A stretch of 64,000 bases of DNA, taken from an uncultured Bacteriovoracaceae bacterium (lineage in GTDB: Bacteria > Bdellovibrionota > Bacteriovoracia > Bacteriovoracales > Bacteriovoracaceae). The position numbers were made by a program, and so were the translations under genes. The number at the start of each line of letters is the position of its first letter. The stretch's first letter is position 1. Shown piece after piece: positions 27,724 to 37,995 of the stretch. Below the pieces are notes generated by a model that did no database searches, was not told where the DNA came from, and saw only the letters and a list, made by a program, of their open reading frames with translations. The stretch is taken from assembly GCA_938017795.1 (NCBI GenBank), contig CALIJZ010000029.1:23109-87108 (forward strand), read 5' to 3'.

Positions 27724-27756
27724 TCATAAGATTATAGCAGCTCAACTAAGCAGGTA

Positions 27757-29721
27757 TTATTTTAGGCAGATAGCTCTATCATCATGAACCTTACACCACC
27801 TGGCCTTGCCTTTCCTGCGCCAGTTTTCAAGTTTTAAAAGATACTCTTGAACTCTACTTGTTAACCTTTTATTTGGTCTTGCAGTCCATAATTTTGATTT
27901 TTTTATTTGACTATAATACGCGGTATCTAGCTCTTTAATAGTAACGTATTGCTTCTTAATTTTTTCATCATGATCAAAACAAATATTACTTATAGTTGGT
28001 GTGGTTTTATCTAAATAATAAATATAATCACAATATCTTTTCATATTTTTACTTTGATCAAGTGCGATTTTTAGTTTTGTTGATAATTTATTTTGAGCAG
28101 GAAAGAAGACATCAGTATAAAGTGCTCCGGGAGTTAAAAGTTTTTCTTTTAACTTACTATAGCTTTTTATTTGTGGGTAATATCTCTTGTAATGTTTAAG
28201 CATTTCTTTTTCATGTTTTTTTATAGACTTTTTAAAGTCATTTAGGCCTTCAATATTAGTATCAGATAAATAATTTAAGAAATTTGGAATATGTGAATTC
28301 AAATACTTATCATCAAGCTTTTGCATCAATTGATTAATCTCTAATGTAGAAGTTGCTTCTTTTAGGGGCTTTACCTTCCTTATCCATTTTACAATCTCTT
28401 CATTAACCCATTTAATTCGATTTAATGAATTAATTGTATAGTCTCCAAGTGGTTCTCGGTATTGTTTATTAGATTTTGCCTGCAGCTTTGTGATGAGTTG
28501 AGCAAATATTGTATTATTAAGAGGAATTATTTCCCCTGCAATGAAATTATTAAATTTCATTGATATTTTATCATCTTCTAATTGAATACAGTCTTCGTAA
28601 TCAGGGAAAACTTTTTTCAAAACAGGAGTTGATTTTACAATTTTAGTGATTAACTCTTTGTCAGCCTCATCCATAACAGGATTTCTATAATTTTCTAGAA
28701 GAGAATAATAATCATGAAGGCTAGATTTTGAAGTGTGAAATAATTGAGTCATGGCAGCACATCTTGCAAACTTTGCTTTTGGCATATTAATTGTATCTAC
28801 AATGTTTGAATCATCAATTAATGCTGTTAGAATCTTGTCTGCTTTCGTTTTTGCTCTCCATGCATGAATTATACCATTGCATTCTTTACAATTTTGAGAA
28901 AGATCATCTAATTTATATTGTAGGTAGCCTTTTTCACTATATTGAGGGTTTCCATCAGCATCTAGGATAACTTTTCCAGAAATATCAATGTCAGGATTAA
29001 TAACTCCCTTGGCTATCAAGGCATCCTTTTTGTCTGATCCAATATCTTTACCAAGTATTTTTAATTCTTCTATCCTTATATCGACATTTAAATAATCAGA
29101 AATATCTTTTTGAATCTCAGAGTAAGTACAGAATTGATTCATAAAAAGATATTTTTCATCAACACTTTTCTTAAAGTTTGCATAGTCTTTAGAAAAGATG
29201 AGATCAATGCCAGATAAAACAGATGCTAAAACACCGCCACCAAGATTAACCATCATTTGATAAGGACCAGCAACATTGCCGATGATCCCGGAAACTTCTC
29301 GAACTGTTGTAGAAAACTTAGCTAAGAAAGAAGTTTTATCTTCTTCTTCGATACAATGAGATTGAGCTCCTGTAATTTGAGTCGTTACACTATTTAGATT
29401 CTTGGAAATATTATCAATGAATTTTGAAACTTCATCTACTTCTTGCCCTTCAAGTTCAGCAATACTTGAATTGGTTAAACCTTCTTTTAATTTGTTCCAA
29501 ATCGAAGTACTTAAATCCTCATTAATATCTTCTAGTGTATCATTAAGGGCTTTGCATTCTTTGCTTGATTCACTGCTTTTAATTTGATTTTGTAAGTCCT
29601 TAATGGAGCCGATAATTCCCATCGCCTCATTATTTATTGAAGGACAAGTAGTAATAGAAAGTGGGGTTCCAGCAAAAGCTATGTTAGTCAAAAATAGTAA
29701 AGTTAAAGCAAGATTTTGCAT
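27757..29721 (-). CDS. Secreted Cys-containing protein of unknown function (654 aa)
   Basis: AAGGAG sits 7 nt upstream of ATG 29721 (MQNLALTLLFLTNIAFAG signal peptide); the track start 29751 is probably too long. No recognisable domain. Confidence 0.6.
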   Translation of the reverse strand: MQNLALTLLFLTNIAFAGTPLSITTCPSINNEAMGIIGSIKDLQNQIKSSESSKECKALNDTLEDINEDLSTSIWNKLKEGLTNSSIAELEGQEVDEVSKFIDNISKNLNSVTTQITGAQSHCIEEEDKTSFLAKFSTTVREVSGIIGNVAGPYQMMVNLGGGVLASVLSGIDLIFSKDYANFKKSVDEKYLFMNQFCTYSEIQKDISDYLNVDIRIEELKILGKDIGSDKKDALIAKGVINPDIDISGKVILDADGNPQYSEKGYLQYKLDDLSQNCKECNGIIHAWRAKTKADKILTALIDDSNIVDTINMPKAKFARCAAMTQLFHTSKSSLHDYYSLLENYRNPVMDEADKELITKIVKSTPVLKKVFPDYEDCIQLEDDKISMKFNNFIAGEIIPLNNTIFAQLITKLQAKSNKQYREPLGDYTINSLNRIKWVNEEIVKWIRKVKPLKEATSTLEINQLMQKLDDKYLNSHIPNFLNYLSDTNIEGLNDFKKSIKKHEKEMLKHYKRYYPQIKSYSKLKEKLLTPGALYTDVFFPAQNKLSTKLKIALDQSKNMKRYCDYIYYLDKTTPTISNICFDHDEKIKKQYVTIKELDTAYYSQIKKSKLWTARPNKRLTSRVQEYLLKLENWRRKGKARWCKVHDDRAICLK

Positions 29722-29800
29722 AGAAGTGCTCCTTAATTTGAATATAGTCACTTCTAGCTTTTGAGAATAATTCTGGCAAAATAGGTTGGTAAAAATTACA

Positions 29801-29830
29801 AATAAAAAGGCCAGGAGGTGTGTCCTGGCC
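29801..29830 (-). terminator. Rho-independent terminator after the 781-aa gene
   Basis: Stem GGCCAGGA / TCCTGGCC with a 6-nt loop. On the minus strand it is followed by TTTTTATTT. Confidence 0.75.
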
Positions 29831-29861
29831 TTGAAGGTATATTTATTAGATTAAGAGATCT

Positions 29862-32207
29862 CTATTTTTCTTTAGCTAAGGCTTTAGCCAAGTCATAATT
29901 CATCTTAGGAGAAAAGACTTGTAGCTCGTTAACAAATGCTTTTCTTCTCTTTCCTTTGACCCATAGAAATCCTTTGATTTCATTTAAGTTTTTGGCCATT
30001 TCTCTTGCAAGCCATGTATAGATTGATTGTCCGCCTGATGTAAGTTTCTTAGAAGCTTTAATGCCTAAGTATTCGTTTTGGATATCTCTTATGATTGATT
30101 GGTCTACTTGATCTGCTTTATTCCACTTAAGACCTAATGAGATTTCTTCTTGAGCATCTTCAACTAATTTATTGATTACAAAGTTAATGTCATCTAAAAG
30201 ATCATCATTACTTGCAATCCCAGGAGTCACAGCGAGTTTTGCAAAGTATTTAGAATAGTTTTGATCTTGGTCGCCAGTCCCAAGACTCATCTTGCCTTGA
30301 TCGAGTACTTTTCCATTAATCAAGACTGATGCATTAATCCCTACAGAACCAGCTCTTATAAGATCAATAACGTCTAAACCATCAACTGGGACATTAACTG
30401 TTCTTCTTTCTCCGCCATCAAGTTCTTCGGTTTGAAGAGTAAAAACTTTTCCTTGAATTAGAACCTTAACTTCAAGTAGAGCCGTTGTTGATTTATTAGA
30501 GGGATTTATTAAAGATACTTGAACATTTCCAGCACCATTAGTTGTTTCAACTTGTGCTTGAACATCATTAATCTCTGCAATTTCGTGAATCGTTAGTGTT
30601 TTAGTTTTAGTTGTAGCTAGTAAATCACTTGCGGCAACACTTCCACTTAAAGCAAGAGTGGCAGAGACTCTAGATCTTGGCTTTAAGGCAGCCGATAATT
30701 GAGCGATAAATGGACTAGAGTTATCTACGTAAGTAATTCCTGGAATATTCATTATGTGTTGGTTTAAAGAGCTTATTCCATTTCCATTTAAACTCGCTTT
30801 TACCTGACCAGCTTTTAAACCAAGGTTAGCAGCACTAATATTGGCCTTTAACTTCTCACCTGGTCTTAAGATCCCATCACTTACTTCGTCAGAGATAGAG
30901 AAACCTCTTAATTCAACAACTGCAGTATCAGAAAATCTCTTATAAATTTGATCATACTTATTTTCATAATTCTCTATAGCAACTTCAGTAAAGACTTCTT
31001 TTGATAAATCTTTGTATTTTTGATCATAAAAACTTTTCTCTGCAATCTTTTGAGCAACTTTCTCTCCCATTAATTCACCAGAAGGAATTGCAGCAAAGTA
31101 CATTTGATCTCCAGCCTTAGTGTATGCTTTAGAAGCATATTTAGGAGCAAAGTATTTCTTGTAAGAATTAGAAAACGATTTTTTGTAAACGTCTTGCATT
31201 TTAGTTAATTCTTTTTTATTAAGAATTCTAGTTTTTTCAACTTGTTTAGTTACTTCAGGAGTAACTATTACTGTTGTCACTTTCCCATTTTCATCAGTAA
31301 CTTCTTTTGTGACAGCTGCTGTTACAATAACTGTTTCTTTATATTTTGTTTTCCATCCTTTCATTCCTGTATATTCATTTTTAAGAGGATTTCTACCTTG
31401 TAAAAAATTCTTTAAGACCAATCTTGGGTTATCCCACTCATACTTTGCTAAATCCATTGTTCTATTTGATCTTCTATATCCCCAAAGACTAATTGGTTTA
31501 TGAGATCCATGAAAATGAGTTCCAGAAGTATCACATATTTTTTCCGCTTTATACTCAGCTTTTCCAGCATAGTGGTGAATAACACTTGCTTCTATTTGAG
31601 TAGTATAAGGAGTATCCTCATTTATCCAACCAGCAGTGATTGCATCAGAGAACTCTGAATCATTATCAAAAATATATCCTTCATCATAGCCTTCAAAAGT
31701 AATTTTAGGATGTTTATATTGATTAAGAGGTACTTTCTTAGAGTTTATTGCACTCCTGAAAGCACTAATTACCTGATCAACTGCCTGAGATGAACCAACA
31801 TGTTTTGCATCTTGAGCTGCTCTATTTTCAGCACTTGGCATATCAAGTGAGTTAATAAAAGATTGGGCCCTACTAAGTTGAGAATCTGTTGGATCTTTCA
31901 TTTCTACGAATCCATCATAAAAACCTTGAGAATAACCATCTAGGCATCCTAGATAAGCTCCGGCAGCTCTAGCAACCTTCTTTGCTTGAGCTTCAGCAGC
32001 AGCAACAGCATTAGCACAGGCTAAGTGGGATTGTTTCTTATCTTTTAAATTCTGACAAACTCTATTAACGACTTTATTAATCTTTGAATGATCTTTATTC
32101 AAGTTTGAAATAGATCCTTTATAACCTCTCTTTCCACCCTCCCCTCTTCGTTGAGCAAAGGTATTAATTGAAAGACAAACTAATAGTGATGATATTAAAA
32201 ATTTCAT
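29862..32207 (-). CDS. Secreted protein of unknown function (781 aa)
   Basis: Signal peptide MKFLISSLLVCLSINTFA. GAGGAG sits 7 nt upstream. Ala/Lys-rich helical N-terminal part and beta-rich C-terminal half. No recognisable catalytic motif. Confidence 0.6.
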   Translation of the reverse strand: MKFLISSLLVCLSINTFAQRRGEGGKRGYKGSISNLNKDHSKINKVVNRVCQNLKDKKQSHLACANAVAAAEAQAKKVARAAGAYLGCLDGYSQGFYDGFVEMKDPTDSQLSRAQSFINSLDMPSAENRAAQDAKHVGSSQAVDQVISAFRSAINSKKVPLNQYKHPKITFEGYDEGYIFDNDSEFSDAITAGWINEDTPYTTQIEASVIHHYAGKAEYKAEKICDTSGTHFHGSHKPISLWGYRRSNRTMDLAKYEWDNPRLVLKNFLQGRNPLKNEYTGMKGWKTKYKETVIVTAAVTKEVTDENGKVTTVIVTPEVTKQVEKTRILNKKELTKMQDVYKKSFSNSYKKYFAPKYASKAYTKAGDQMYFAAIPSGELMGEKVAQKIAEKSFYDQKYKDLSKEVFTEVAIENYENKYDQIYKRFSDTAVVELRGFSISDEVSDGILRPGEKLKANISAANLGLKAGQVKASLNGNGISSLNQHIMNIPGITYVDNSSPFIAQLSAALKPRSRVSATLALSGSVAASDLLATTKTKTLTIHEIAEINDVQAQVETTNGAGNVQVSLINPSNKSTTALLEVKVLIQGKVFTLQTEELDGGERRTVNVPVDGLDVIDLIRAGSVGINASVLINGKVLDQGKMSLGTGDQDQNYSKYFAKLAVTPGIASNDDLLDDINFVINKLVEDAQEEISLGLKWNKADQVDQSIIRDIQNEYLGIKASKKLTSGGQSIYTWLAREMAKNLNEIKGFLWVKGKRRKAFVNELQVFSPKMNYDLAKALAKEK

Positions 32208-32326
32208 TATTTTTCTCCTCTATCTTGATGATTTGTTTTTACTTTGACCTTGACTCTGGAATCAGTCGTTAACAAATGTAAACTGAAGAAAAAAATACAG
32301 GTAATCATTACACTTAAACTTAGCAT
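32207..32326 (-). CDS. Candidate 39-aa hydrophobic small ORF coupled to the 781-aa gene
   Basis: GGAGG sits 6 nt before the ATG at 32326. Product is MLSLSVMITCIFFFSLHLLTTDSRVKVKVKTNHQDRGEK. Its TAA overlaps the downstream ATG (TAATG). It is too short for the ORF track. Confidence 0.3.
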   Translation of the reverse strand: MLSLSVMITCIFFFSLHLLTTDSRVKVKVKTNHQDRGEK

Positions 32327-32463
32327 GGCACACCTCCGCAAGTTTGATGGGTTATAGATTCGAAAGCGATCCATGCTTAAATCTTAGATGTGATTTATAT
32401 AGCAATTTTCATACCAATAATTTATAGAGTTTTATTGCGATTTGGAGCCTAATTGATACTAGT

Positions 32464-33606
32464 TTAGCTTTCTTTGGTGTCAGTTTTTTTCACAAGTGTT
32501 AATAAAGAAACTTCACCTTGGTTAAGGAGTCTATTTGGAGGACCCCAAAATCCTGTACCTCGATTGACATAAAGATAGGCTTCTTTATGAGTATAAAGAC
32601 CCTTTAGATAAGGTTGAACGAGACCAACTGCAAGATTCCATGGAAATGCTTGTCCTCCATGAGTATGGCCTGAGAGCTGTAAATTTACCCCTAGTCCTTC
32701 GGCCTGATAACATGCCTTCGGTCTGTGAGCTAAAAGAATTTTATAAGATTGATCAGGAGCGTTCTTTAAGGCTACTTTCGGATCAAAAGAATGATTTAGC
32801 TTAAACCTTGGAGCTGTTTTATCTGTGATTCCAGCAATAGTTACTTGAGTACCATTAATATCAATCACACTATGCTCATCTACAAGTACATTAATCCCAA
32901 GTGCTTTAATTGTATCAATCCAACCTTGAACTCCCCAATAATACTCGTGATTACCAACAACATAATAGACTCCAAATTTTGCTTTTAAATCCCTTAATGG
33001 CTCAACCATGTCTTTGATTTCGAGAGCTTTTCCATCAGCAATATCACCAGTAATGAAAATTAAATCAGGGTTTAATCCATTTGTTGTATTTACAGTATCA
33101 ATTGCGAAGTCTTTTTTTAAAGTAGGTCCTAGGTGAAGATCTGATATTTGAACAATCTTAATGCCAGAGAGGCTCTCGTAGTTTTGTGGCAAAGGAATAG
33201 ATTCAGTAATGACTAATGGCTCAAATGCATTCTTGTAACCTTTATACGCTAAAGCTCCCGCACCAAGAGCGCCAACTCCCCCAATAGTCTTCCTTAGAAA
33301 TTGCCTCCTAGAGGAATTTTGCCCTTTTGAAGTTGTGAAGAAAATATTTGCAAGATAAGTTAGAAAAAAGACCCAAGTTATCCCGATAAAGATATAGCCT
33401 GATTTTTGATACGATTTAAGAAAATCAAATGAATATCCCTGCCTAATTACCACGTTTGCAATAAGAAAAGAGATAAAGAAAAAATCCACAATATATACTA
33501 ACTTTGGATAGCCAAAAGGTTTTAAGATAGAGACCTTTATGAAATATCGTAGGATAAGACTTAAAATTAAATAAGAAATACTAAAGAAAATAAAAAATTT
33601 AATCAT
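32464..33606 (-). CDS. Membrane/Tat-signal metallophosphoesterase (YaeI/YkuE-like)
   Basis: Calcineurin-like motifs QISDLHLG, ITGDIADG, GNHEY and GHTHGG. The twin-arginine-like SRRQFLRKTIGGVGALGAGALA lies after three N-terminal hydrophobic segments. Confidence 0.8.
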   Translation of the reverse strand: MIKFFIFFSISYLILSLILRYFIKVSILKPFGYPKLVYIVDFFFISFLIANVVIRQGYSFDFLKSYQKSGYIFIGITWVFFLTYLANIFFTTSKGQNSSRRQFLRKTIGGVGALGAGALAYKGYKNAFEPLVITESIPLPQNYESLSGIKIVQISDLHLGPTLKKDFAIDTVNTTNGLNPDLIFITGDIADGKALEIKDMVEPLRDLKAKFGVYYVVGNHEYYWGVQGWIDTIKALGINVLVDEHSVIDINGTQVTIAGITDKTAPRFKLNHSFDPKVALKNAPDQSYKILLAHRPKACYQAEGLGVNLQLSGHTHGGQAFPWNLAVGLVQPYLKGLYTHKEAYLYVNRGTGFWGPPNRLLNQGEVSLLTLVKKTDTKES

Positions 33607-34652
33607 AAATGCTCTTTTATTAAGGTACTAATCTGCGAATTCAAATCATTAATGTCTAGTTTCAATTCGCGACTTATCCAATTAGATAGATCTTTTGGTA
33701 AAGGTGCAATAAACATATTCTCTACAGGTGCTGGTATTTTTAAAGCAATTGCATGTAAAGCATGCCTTGGTATTTGCATTTTTTTAATATCCTCTAAAGT
33801 GTCTTGTTTATCTTTAAAACGCTTAAAAATATTTATATCTCCATTATATAATTTATCACCCAATAGTGGAAAACCATGATGAGCTGCATGAGATCTGATT
33901 TGATGCTGCCTCCCAGTTTTCGGAAATGCTAAAGATAAGACAAACTCTTTAGACTGATAAACTTCTACAAATTGAGTTTCACTTACTTTTCCTTCTCCAG
34001 AACCCTTTGGAAAACAATGAGTATAAAAATTTGGTTTAAAATCTGCAATCTCTCCTAGTTCTTGCTCGGCCTTAATTGGAAATGAAGTTTTTAAATTATT
34101 ATGACCTATAAGAAAGTATGCTTTTTTGATTGCTCTTTGTTCAAATAAGCGAGTCATCTTACTAGAAAAGTTCGCATCACTTGAAATAATCATAACTCCT
34201 GATGTTTCTCGGTCTAATCGGTGAACTGAATGAAATTTTTGATCAAACATCTTCTCAAGCTCTACTGTAGCAACATAAAAAAGGTGTTTCCCAGTAGGAT
34301 GAGTTGCCATGAAAGGAGGCTTATTAATGACAATATATTTATCTGTTTTAGAAATAATAGAAAGTTTTTCTTCAGAAATTTCTACGCCTGCAAAAGTCTC
34401 AAGAGGAAAATCTTTCTTAAAAGTTGTAATTTCAACAACCTCATTTGTTTTAACCTTGGTTGATGATTTGAGGTTTTGATTTCTATCTAAGATCTTTATA
34501 AAGCCTTTAGATATAAATTTTTTAATTTTTTCACGAGAAAAGCTTTGAAAATGAATTTGTAGAAAGTTATCTAATCGAGAGTTATGATCATCTTGAGTCA
34601 CAGTGTATGTAACAATATAGGAATCATCGACAAAAGTGGAAGTTTTTTTCAC
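33603..34652 (-). CDS. RluA-family pseudouridine synthase with S4-like N-terminus
   Basis: HRLDRETSGVMII catalytic Asp motif and HQIRSHAAHHGFPLLGDKLY. Confidence 0.8.
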   Translation of the reverse strand: MKKTSTFVDDSYIVTYTVTQDDHNSRLDNFLQIHFQSFSREKIKKFISKGFIKILDRNQNLKSSTKVKTNEVVEITTFKKDFPLETFAGVEISEEKLSIISKTDKYIVINKPPFMATHPTGKHLFYVATVELEKMFDQKFHSVHRLDRETSGVMIISSDANFSSKMTRLFEQRAIKKAYFLIGHNNLKTSFPIKAEQELGEIADFKPNFYTHCFPKGSGEGKVSETQFVEVYQSKEFVLSLAFPKTGRQHQIRSHAAHHGFPLLGDKLYNGDINIFKRFKDKQDTLEDIKKMQIPRHALHAIALKIPAPVENMFIAPLPKDLSNWISRELKLDINDLNSQISTLIKEHL

Positions 34653-34658
34653 TCAATA

Positions 34659-36827
34659 TTAATAGCTTCTTTTAATGAGATATTGAAGCATTTGGAAGGC
34701 CCCTTCAGTACTATATTGATACTCTTGCCTTAAATTTTCTAATAAAAGTTCGATTCTTTGCTTAGAATTATTACTTATCGCATCATGATTATCTGAGATA
34801 TAAAAAACCAAAGATTTTCCTATTTCTCGAATCACTTTTTTCTGCTCTTCTCTAAAAGATTCTTTCAAGAATTTAATGATATCTGGAAAGACTTCGGTCA
34901 TTACTAAAGGAGCTCCTGGGTTATCAATAGAAAATGCCCCTAGTCTTGAAATGATATGAGACCGATAATCATCCCTGTTATCTTTTATTTGAACATTATT
35001 TTCAAATTCTTCAATAAAAAACATATCACATTCTTCATGCTTGCCTGTTACGGTATTTTTTATTTTCTCACCTTTAATATAGGCCCTGATTTGATGAACG
35101 TATTTTGAGATATAATCTTCATAAGATCTCTCATCTATTAACCCTAAAGAACTTCTAACTTCTTCATCGAACTGATTTAAAATAAAGCTTTCAATGAGGT
35201 CAATAAGTTTATGAGTATTATGATAGTCGTTCTCAGGAGCAATATTTAAAAAATCAAATTCATTTTTTCTTTCACTAAAGTCTCTAAGATATTCTAAAAC
35301 CTCAATAAAGGTAACAAGTCTATATTCATTAGCTAAGTCATAAATAATTTGCTTCATATCTCGAGGGGAAATACCGAACATTCCCTCATACGAAGGGTCG
35401 TTTTTATACTCATCCCATACAAAGTCATAATTAGCTTGAAGAACTTGTTTTTCTTTATGCGTAAATTGTTCTGAAACACTACCTGTTGATAAATATAATG
35501 CTTTTTGAAGTGGAGAAAATAAAGAAATTAGTGAGCCTAGTTTTTTATCTGGGTAATTTTTAGGGTTTGGTTTTCTTAATCTACTCATGACTGCCCAAAG
35601 TGAAAGAGCTTTAATCGCGTGTTTTTCAAAATGACATCTATCTTTTAAACTCTCAACTTGGCCTTCATAAATATTCTCTTCTAATTGATAATTTAAAAGA
35701 TAAGGAACCTTGATGAAATTAAATCGTCCTCTAAAAGAATTATAATCTGGGTGTTGTTTGAAAGCATTAAAATGTAATTCATTACTAGAGCCAATAAATA
35801 ATACATCTAGCTCACTGATTATCCCACCTAGATTGATAGCGTGATTTTCTAAAGTTGTGAGTAAGTATTTATAGGTATCAATTGGTCTTTTGAGTATATC
35901 AGAAAATTCTAAAATTCCTCTGTTGGCCATGATAACTTCTCCACCAAGAGAGAATAAGTTTAAGGATTGAAGGCTTGCAGGCAATGATGCTAATCTTCTA
36001 TCCATTGTAATTTGTTGAATATTAGCATCAACATGCATTTGAGGTTCAATTGTTACTGCACTATTTGATAATCTTTTATCAATAAATAAACGTTCAACTC
36101 TGATATATTTATAAACTTCTAAGTAATCACCTTTATGAGTCTTTAAAAGGCTATCAAAAATTAACTTATTGCGCTTAGAGAGTTCACTATTATAAAGATA
36201 AGATTTTTTTATTGAATTAAGGTAATCAGGAGTATCTTTAAATAGTTTATCTAAAATATTTCTTCTTTTATTTAAAGGGATTAATAAAATAGGATGATCT
36301 TTTAAATCAGAACCTAAAATTGCACTAACTTCTCTATCTTCAATATAAGCATATGTATCCAAGGCTTGTTGCTTTTTCTCTGCACCAAAGCCTAGTCCAC
36401 CTTTAATAAAACTATCAACCGGGAAAATCCAGCTAAATGTATATAGCGAACCTTCATCTGTCAGAGAGTAGTCTTCACCAGCATCCATTATTTTTTTTAT
36501 TAGACTAGATTTTGAAGACCCATTAGGTCCAACTAGTAAAATAAACTTATTATTAAAACCTTCCTCTACAAAGTTTGAGATACTTTGAAAAATTTCTTCT
36601 TGTGGTTCATGCTGACCTTGAACAGCAGCAAAAGATGGTGAAGAAGTTTTGAATAAATTAAATGTATGTTGCTGGTCAGTCCCGAAATGTTCAAACATAT
36701 CTTTAAAATAAACACAACTTGGTCTGCATTCTTTTCTAGGATCTTTTTCGAAAAGTTCCATATAGTCTTCAAATGATAAAATCCTATTAGAAATATCACT
36801 TTTTTTAATTTCATTAATCCATTCCAT
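34659..36827 (-). CDS. prkA: PrkA-family serine protein kinase (AAA+ type)
   Basis: Walker A is LLVGPNGSSKSSL. PrkA-like N-terminus LSFEDYMELFEKDPRK. Length and collinearity fit the family. Start set at ATG 36827 (MEWINEI); the track extension to 37019 would overlap the divergent gene. Confidence 0.75.
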   Translation of the reverse strand: MEWINEIKKSDISNRILSFEDYMELFEKDPRKECRPSCVYFKDMFEHFGTDQQHTFNLFKTSSPSFAAVQGQHEPQEEIFQSISNFVEEGFNNKFILLVGPNGSSKSSLIKKIMDAGEDYSLTDEGSLYTFSWIFPVDSFIKGGLGFGAEKKQQALDTYAYIEDREVSAILGSDLKDHPILLIPLNKRRNILDKLFKDTPDYLNSIKKSYLYNSELSKRNKLIFDSLLKTHKGDYLEVYKYIRVERLFIDKRLSNSAVTIEPQMHVDANIQQITMDRRLASLPASLQSLNLFSLGGEVIMANRGILEFSDILKRPIDTYKYLLTTLENHAINLGGIISELDVLFIGSSNELHFNAFKQHPDYNSFRGRFNFIKVPYLLNYQLEENIYEGQVESLKDRCHFEKHAIKALSLWAVMSRLRKPNPKNYPDKKLGSLISLFSPLQKALYLSTGSVSEQFTHKEKQVLQANYDFVWDEYKNDPSYEGMFGISPRDMKQIIYDLANEYRLVTFIEVLEYLRDFSERKNEFDFLNIAPENDYHNTHKLIDLIESFILNQFDEEVRSSLGLIDERSYEDYISKYVHQIRAYIKGEKIKNTVTGKHEECDMFFIEEFENNVQIKDNRDDYRSHIISRLGAFSIDNPGAPLVMTEVFPDIIKFLKESFREEQKKVIREIGKSLVFYISDNHDAISNNSKQRIELLLENLRQEYQYSTEGAFQMLQYLIKRSY

Positions 36828-36870
36828 GATTCGCCTTTTTGAGTCTAAATGGTATCTTAAAATAGTATAT

Positions 36871-37995
36871 ATGAAGAAAATATTAGTTTCATTATTTCTT
36901 GCCTCTTTTACTCTCGCATCTATGTGGTTTTTATTTAAAGGTAAAACAAATACTTCTCTAACTAACTCAAAATCCATTGCCCAAGAACAAGATTGGCTTA
37001 ATTTAATAAAAGCTATCAAGAAAATTCATTATTTTTGGGAAAGTGGTGATTATCCCTATTTAGCAGAGATGCCTTGTAATAGTGATTGGGACCCTAGCTA
37101 TGTTTCCAGAGAATTTTTAAAATGTAATGCTGAAATTTTACAATGCCATCTTAGCTATCTCGCTCAAGACGGTAAGGTAGAGTTCGGAGAACCTGGTAAA
37201 TCAGTATTTGTAAAAAAAGATATTGAATTTGTAGCTGAAAATAAAGTTAAAGATGGAATAGTTTTAAACCTTAAATTTGGTAGAAATCAAGAAAGAAGAG
37301 TGAACTTTCAATCAAGGTGTCATGAATCTTATCTACCTCAAGGCAATTATACTTATAGTCCTCTAAATAAAGAAAATTCTTTAGATAATATTGACAGGGA
37401 AGAGTCTAAGCAATGGGTAAATGATAAAAATATTTTTGTAGATAAGTTCCTAGTTACCCGTAAGGACTATAATCAACTCATGGGCCAAAAATTAAAGAGA
37501 GAGCAAAGAAGCTATTTTCCTGTTGATAATATATCGCTTAAGCAGATGCGTAGTTACTGTGAAAGACAAGGCAAGAAGCTCTTAAGTGCTAAGATATATG
37601 ATGCAATGACATATTCAGACTTAGCTAAGATTGACTTATTTGAAGATATTTCTAAAACAAGTTGTAATGTGATTTATACTAAGGATTGTATCGGAAAAAC
37701 AGAACTGAAATTTCAAGATACTAATAATGTTTCTTGGATGGGAACATATGATATCAGGGGCGGGATTTTGGAAGCAGTTGATAATAATATGGATAAAGAC
37801 TTTAACATTGTTTCAAGTTCATTTTATTTTAAGTCAGATAGTTTTTGGCATAATTTAACTCATCGCTTTCAATGGAATGGTCAAAATCATAGAGAAGTTG
37901 ATTTTAGATATATTAGTTCGGTCACCGGAGAGAAGTTAAAACTTATTGAAAGCAATGATATAAAAGTAGGATTTAGGTGTTATCGTGAAATTTAA
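36871..37995 (+). CDS. Secreted protein with FGE/SUMF1-like (formylglycine-generating enzyme family) C-terminal region
   Basis: Signal/TM sequence MKKILVSLFLASFTLASMWFLF from ATG 36871. FVDKFLVTRKDYNQLMG and YFPVDNISLKQMRSYCERQGKKLLSAKIYDAMTY resemble the FGE-sulfatase domain core. Confidence 0.35.
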   Translation: MKKILVSLFLASFTLASMWFLFKGKTNTSLTNSKSIAQEQDWLNLIKAIKKIHYFWESGDYPYLAEMPCNSDWDPSYVSREFLKCNAEILQCHLSYLAQDGKVEFGEPGKSVFVKKDIEFVAENKVKDGIVLNLKFGRNQERRVNFQSRCHESYLPQGNYTYSPLNKENSLDNIDREESKQWVNDKNIFVDKFLVTRKDYNQLMGQKLKREQRSYFPVDNISLKQMRSYCERQGKKLLSAKIYDAMTYSDLAKIDLFEDISKTSCNVIYTKDCIGKTELKFQDTNNVSWMGTYDIRGGILEAVDNNMDKDFNIVSSSFYFKSDSFWHNLTHRFQWNGQNHREVDFRYISSVTGEKLKLIESNDIKVGFRCYREI

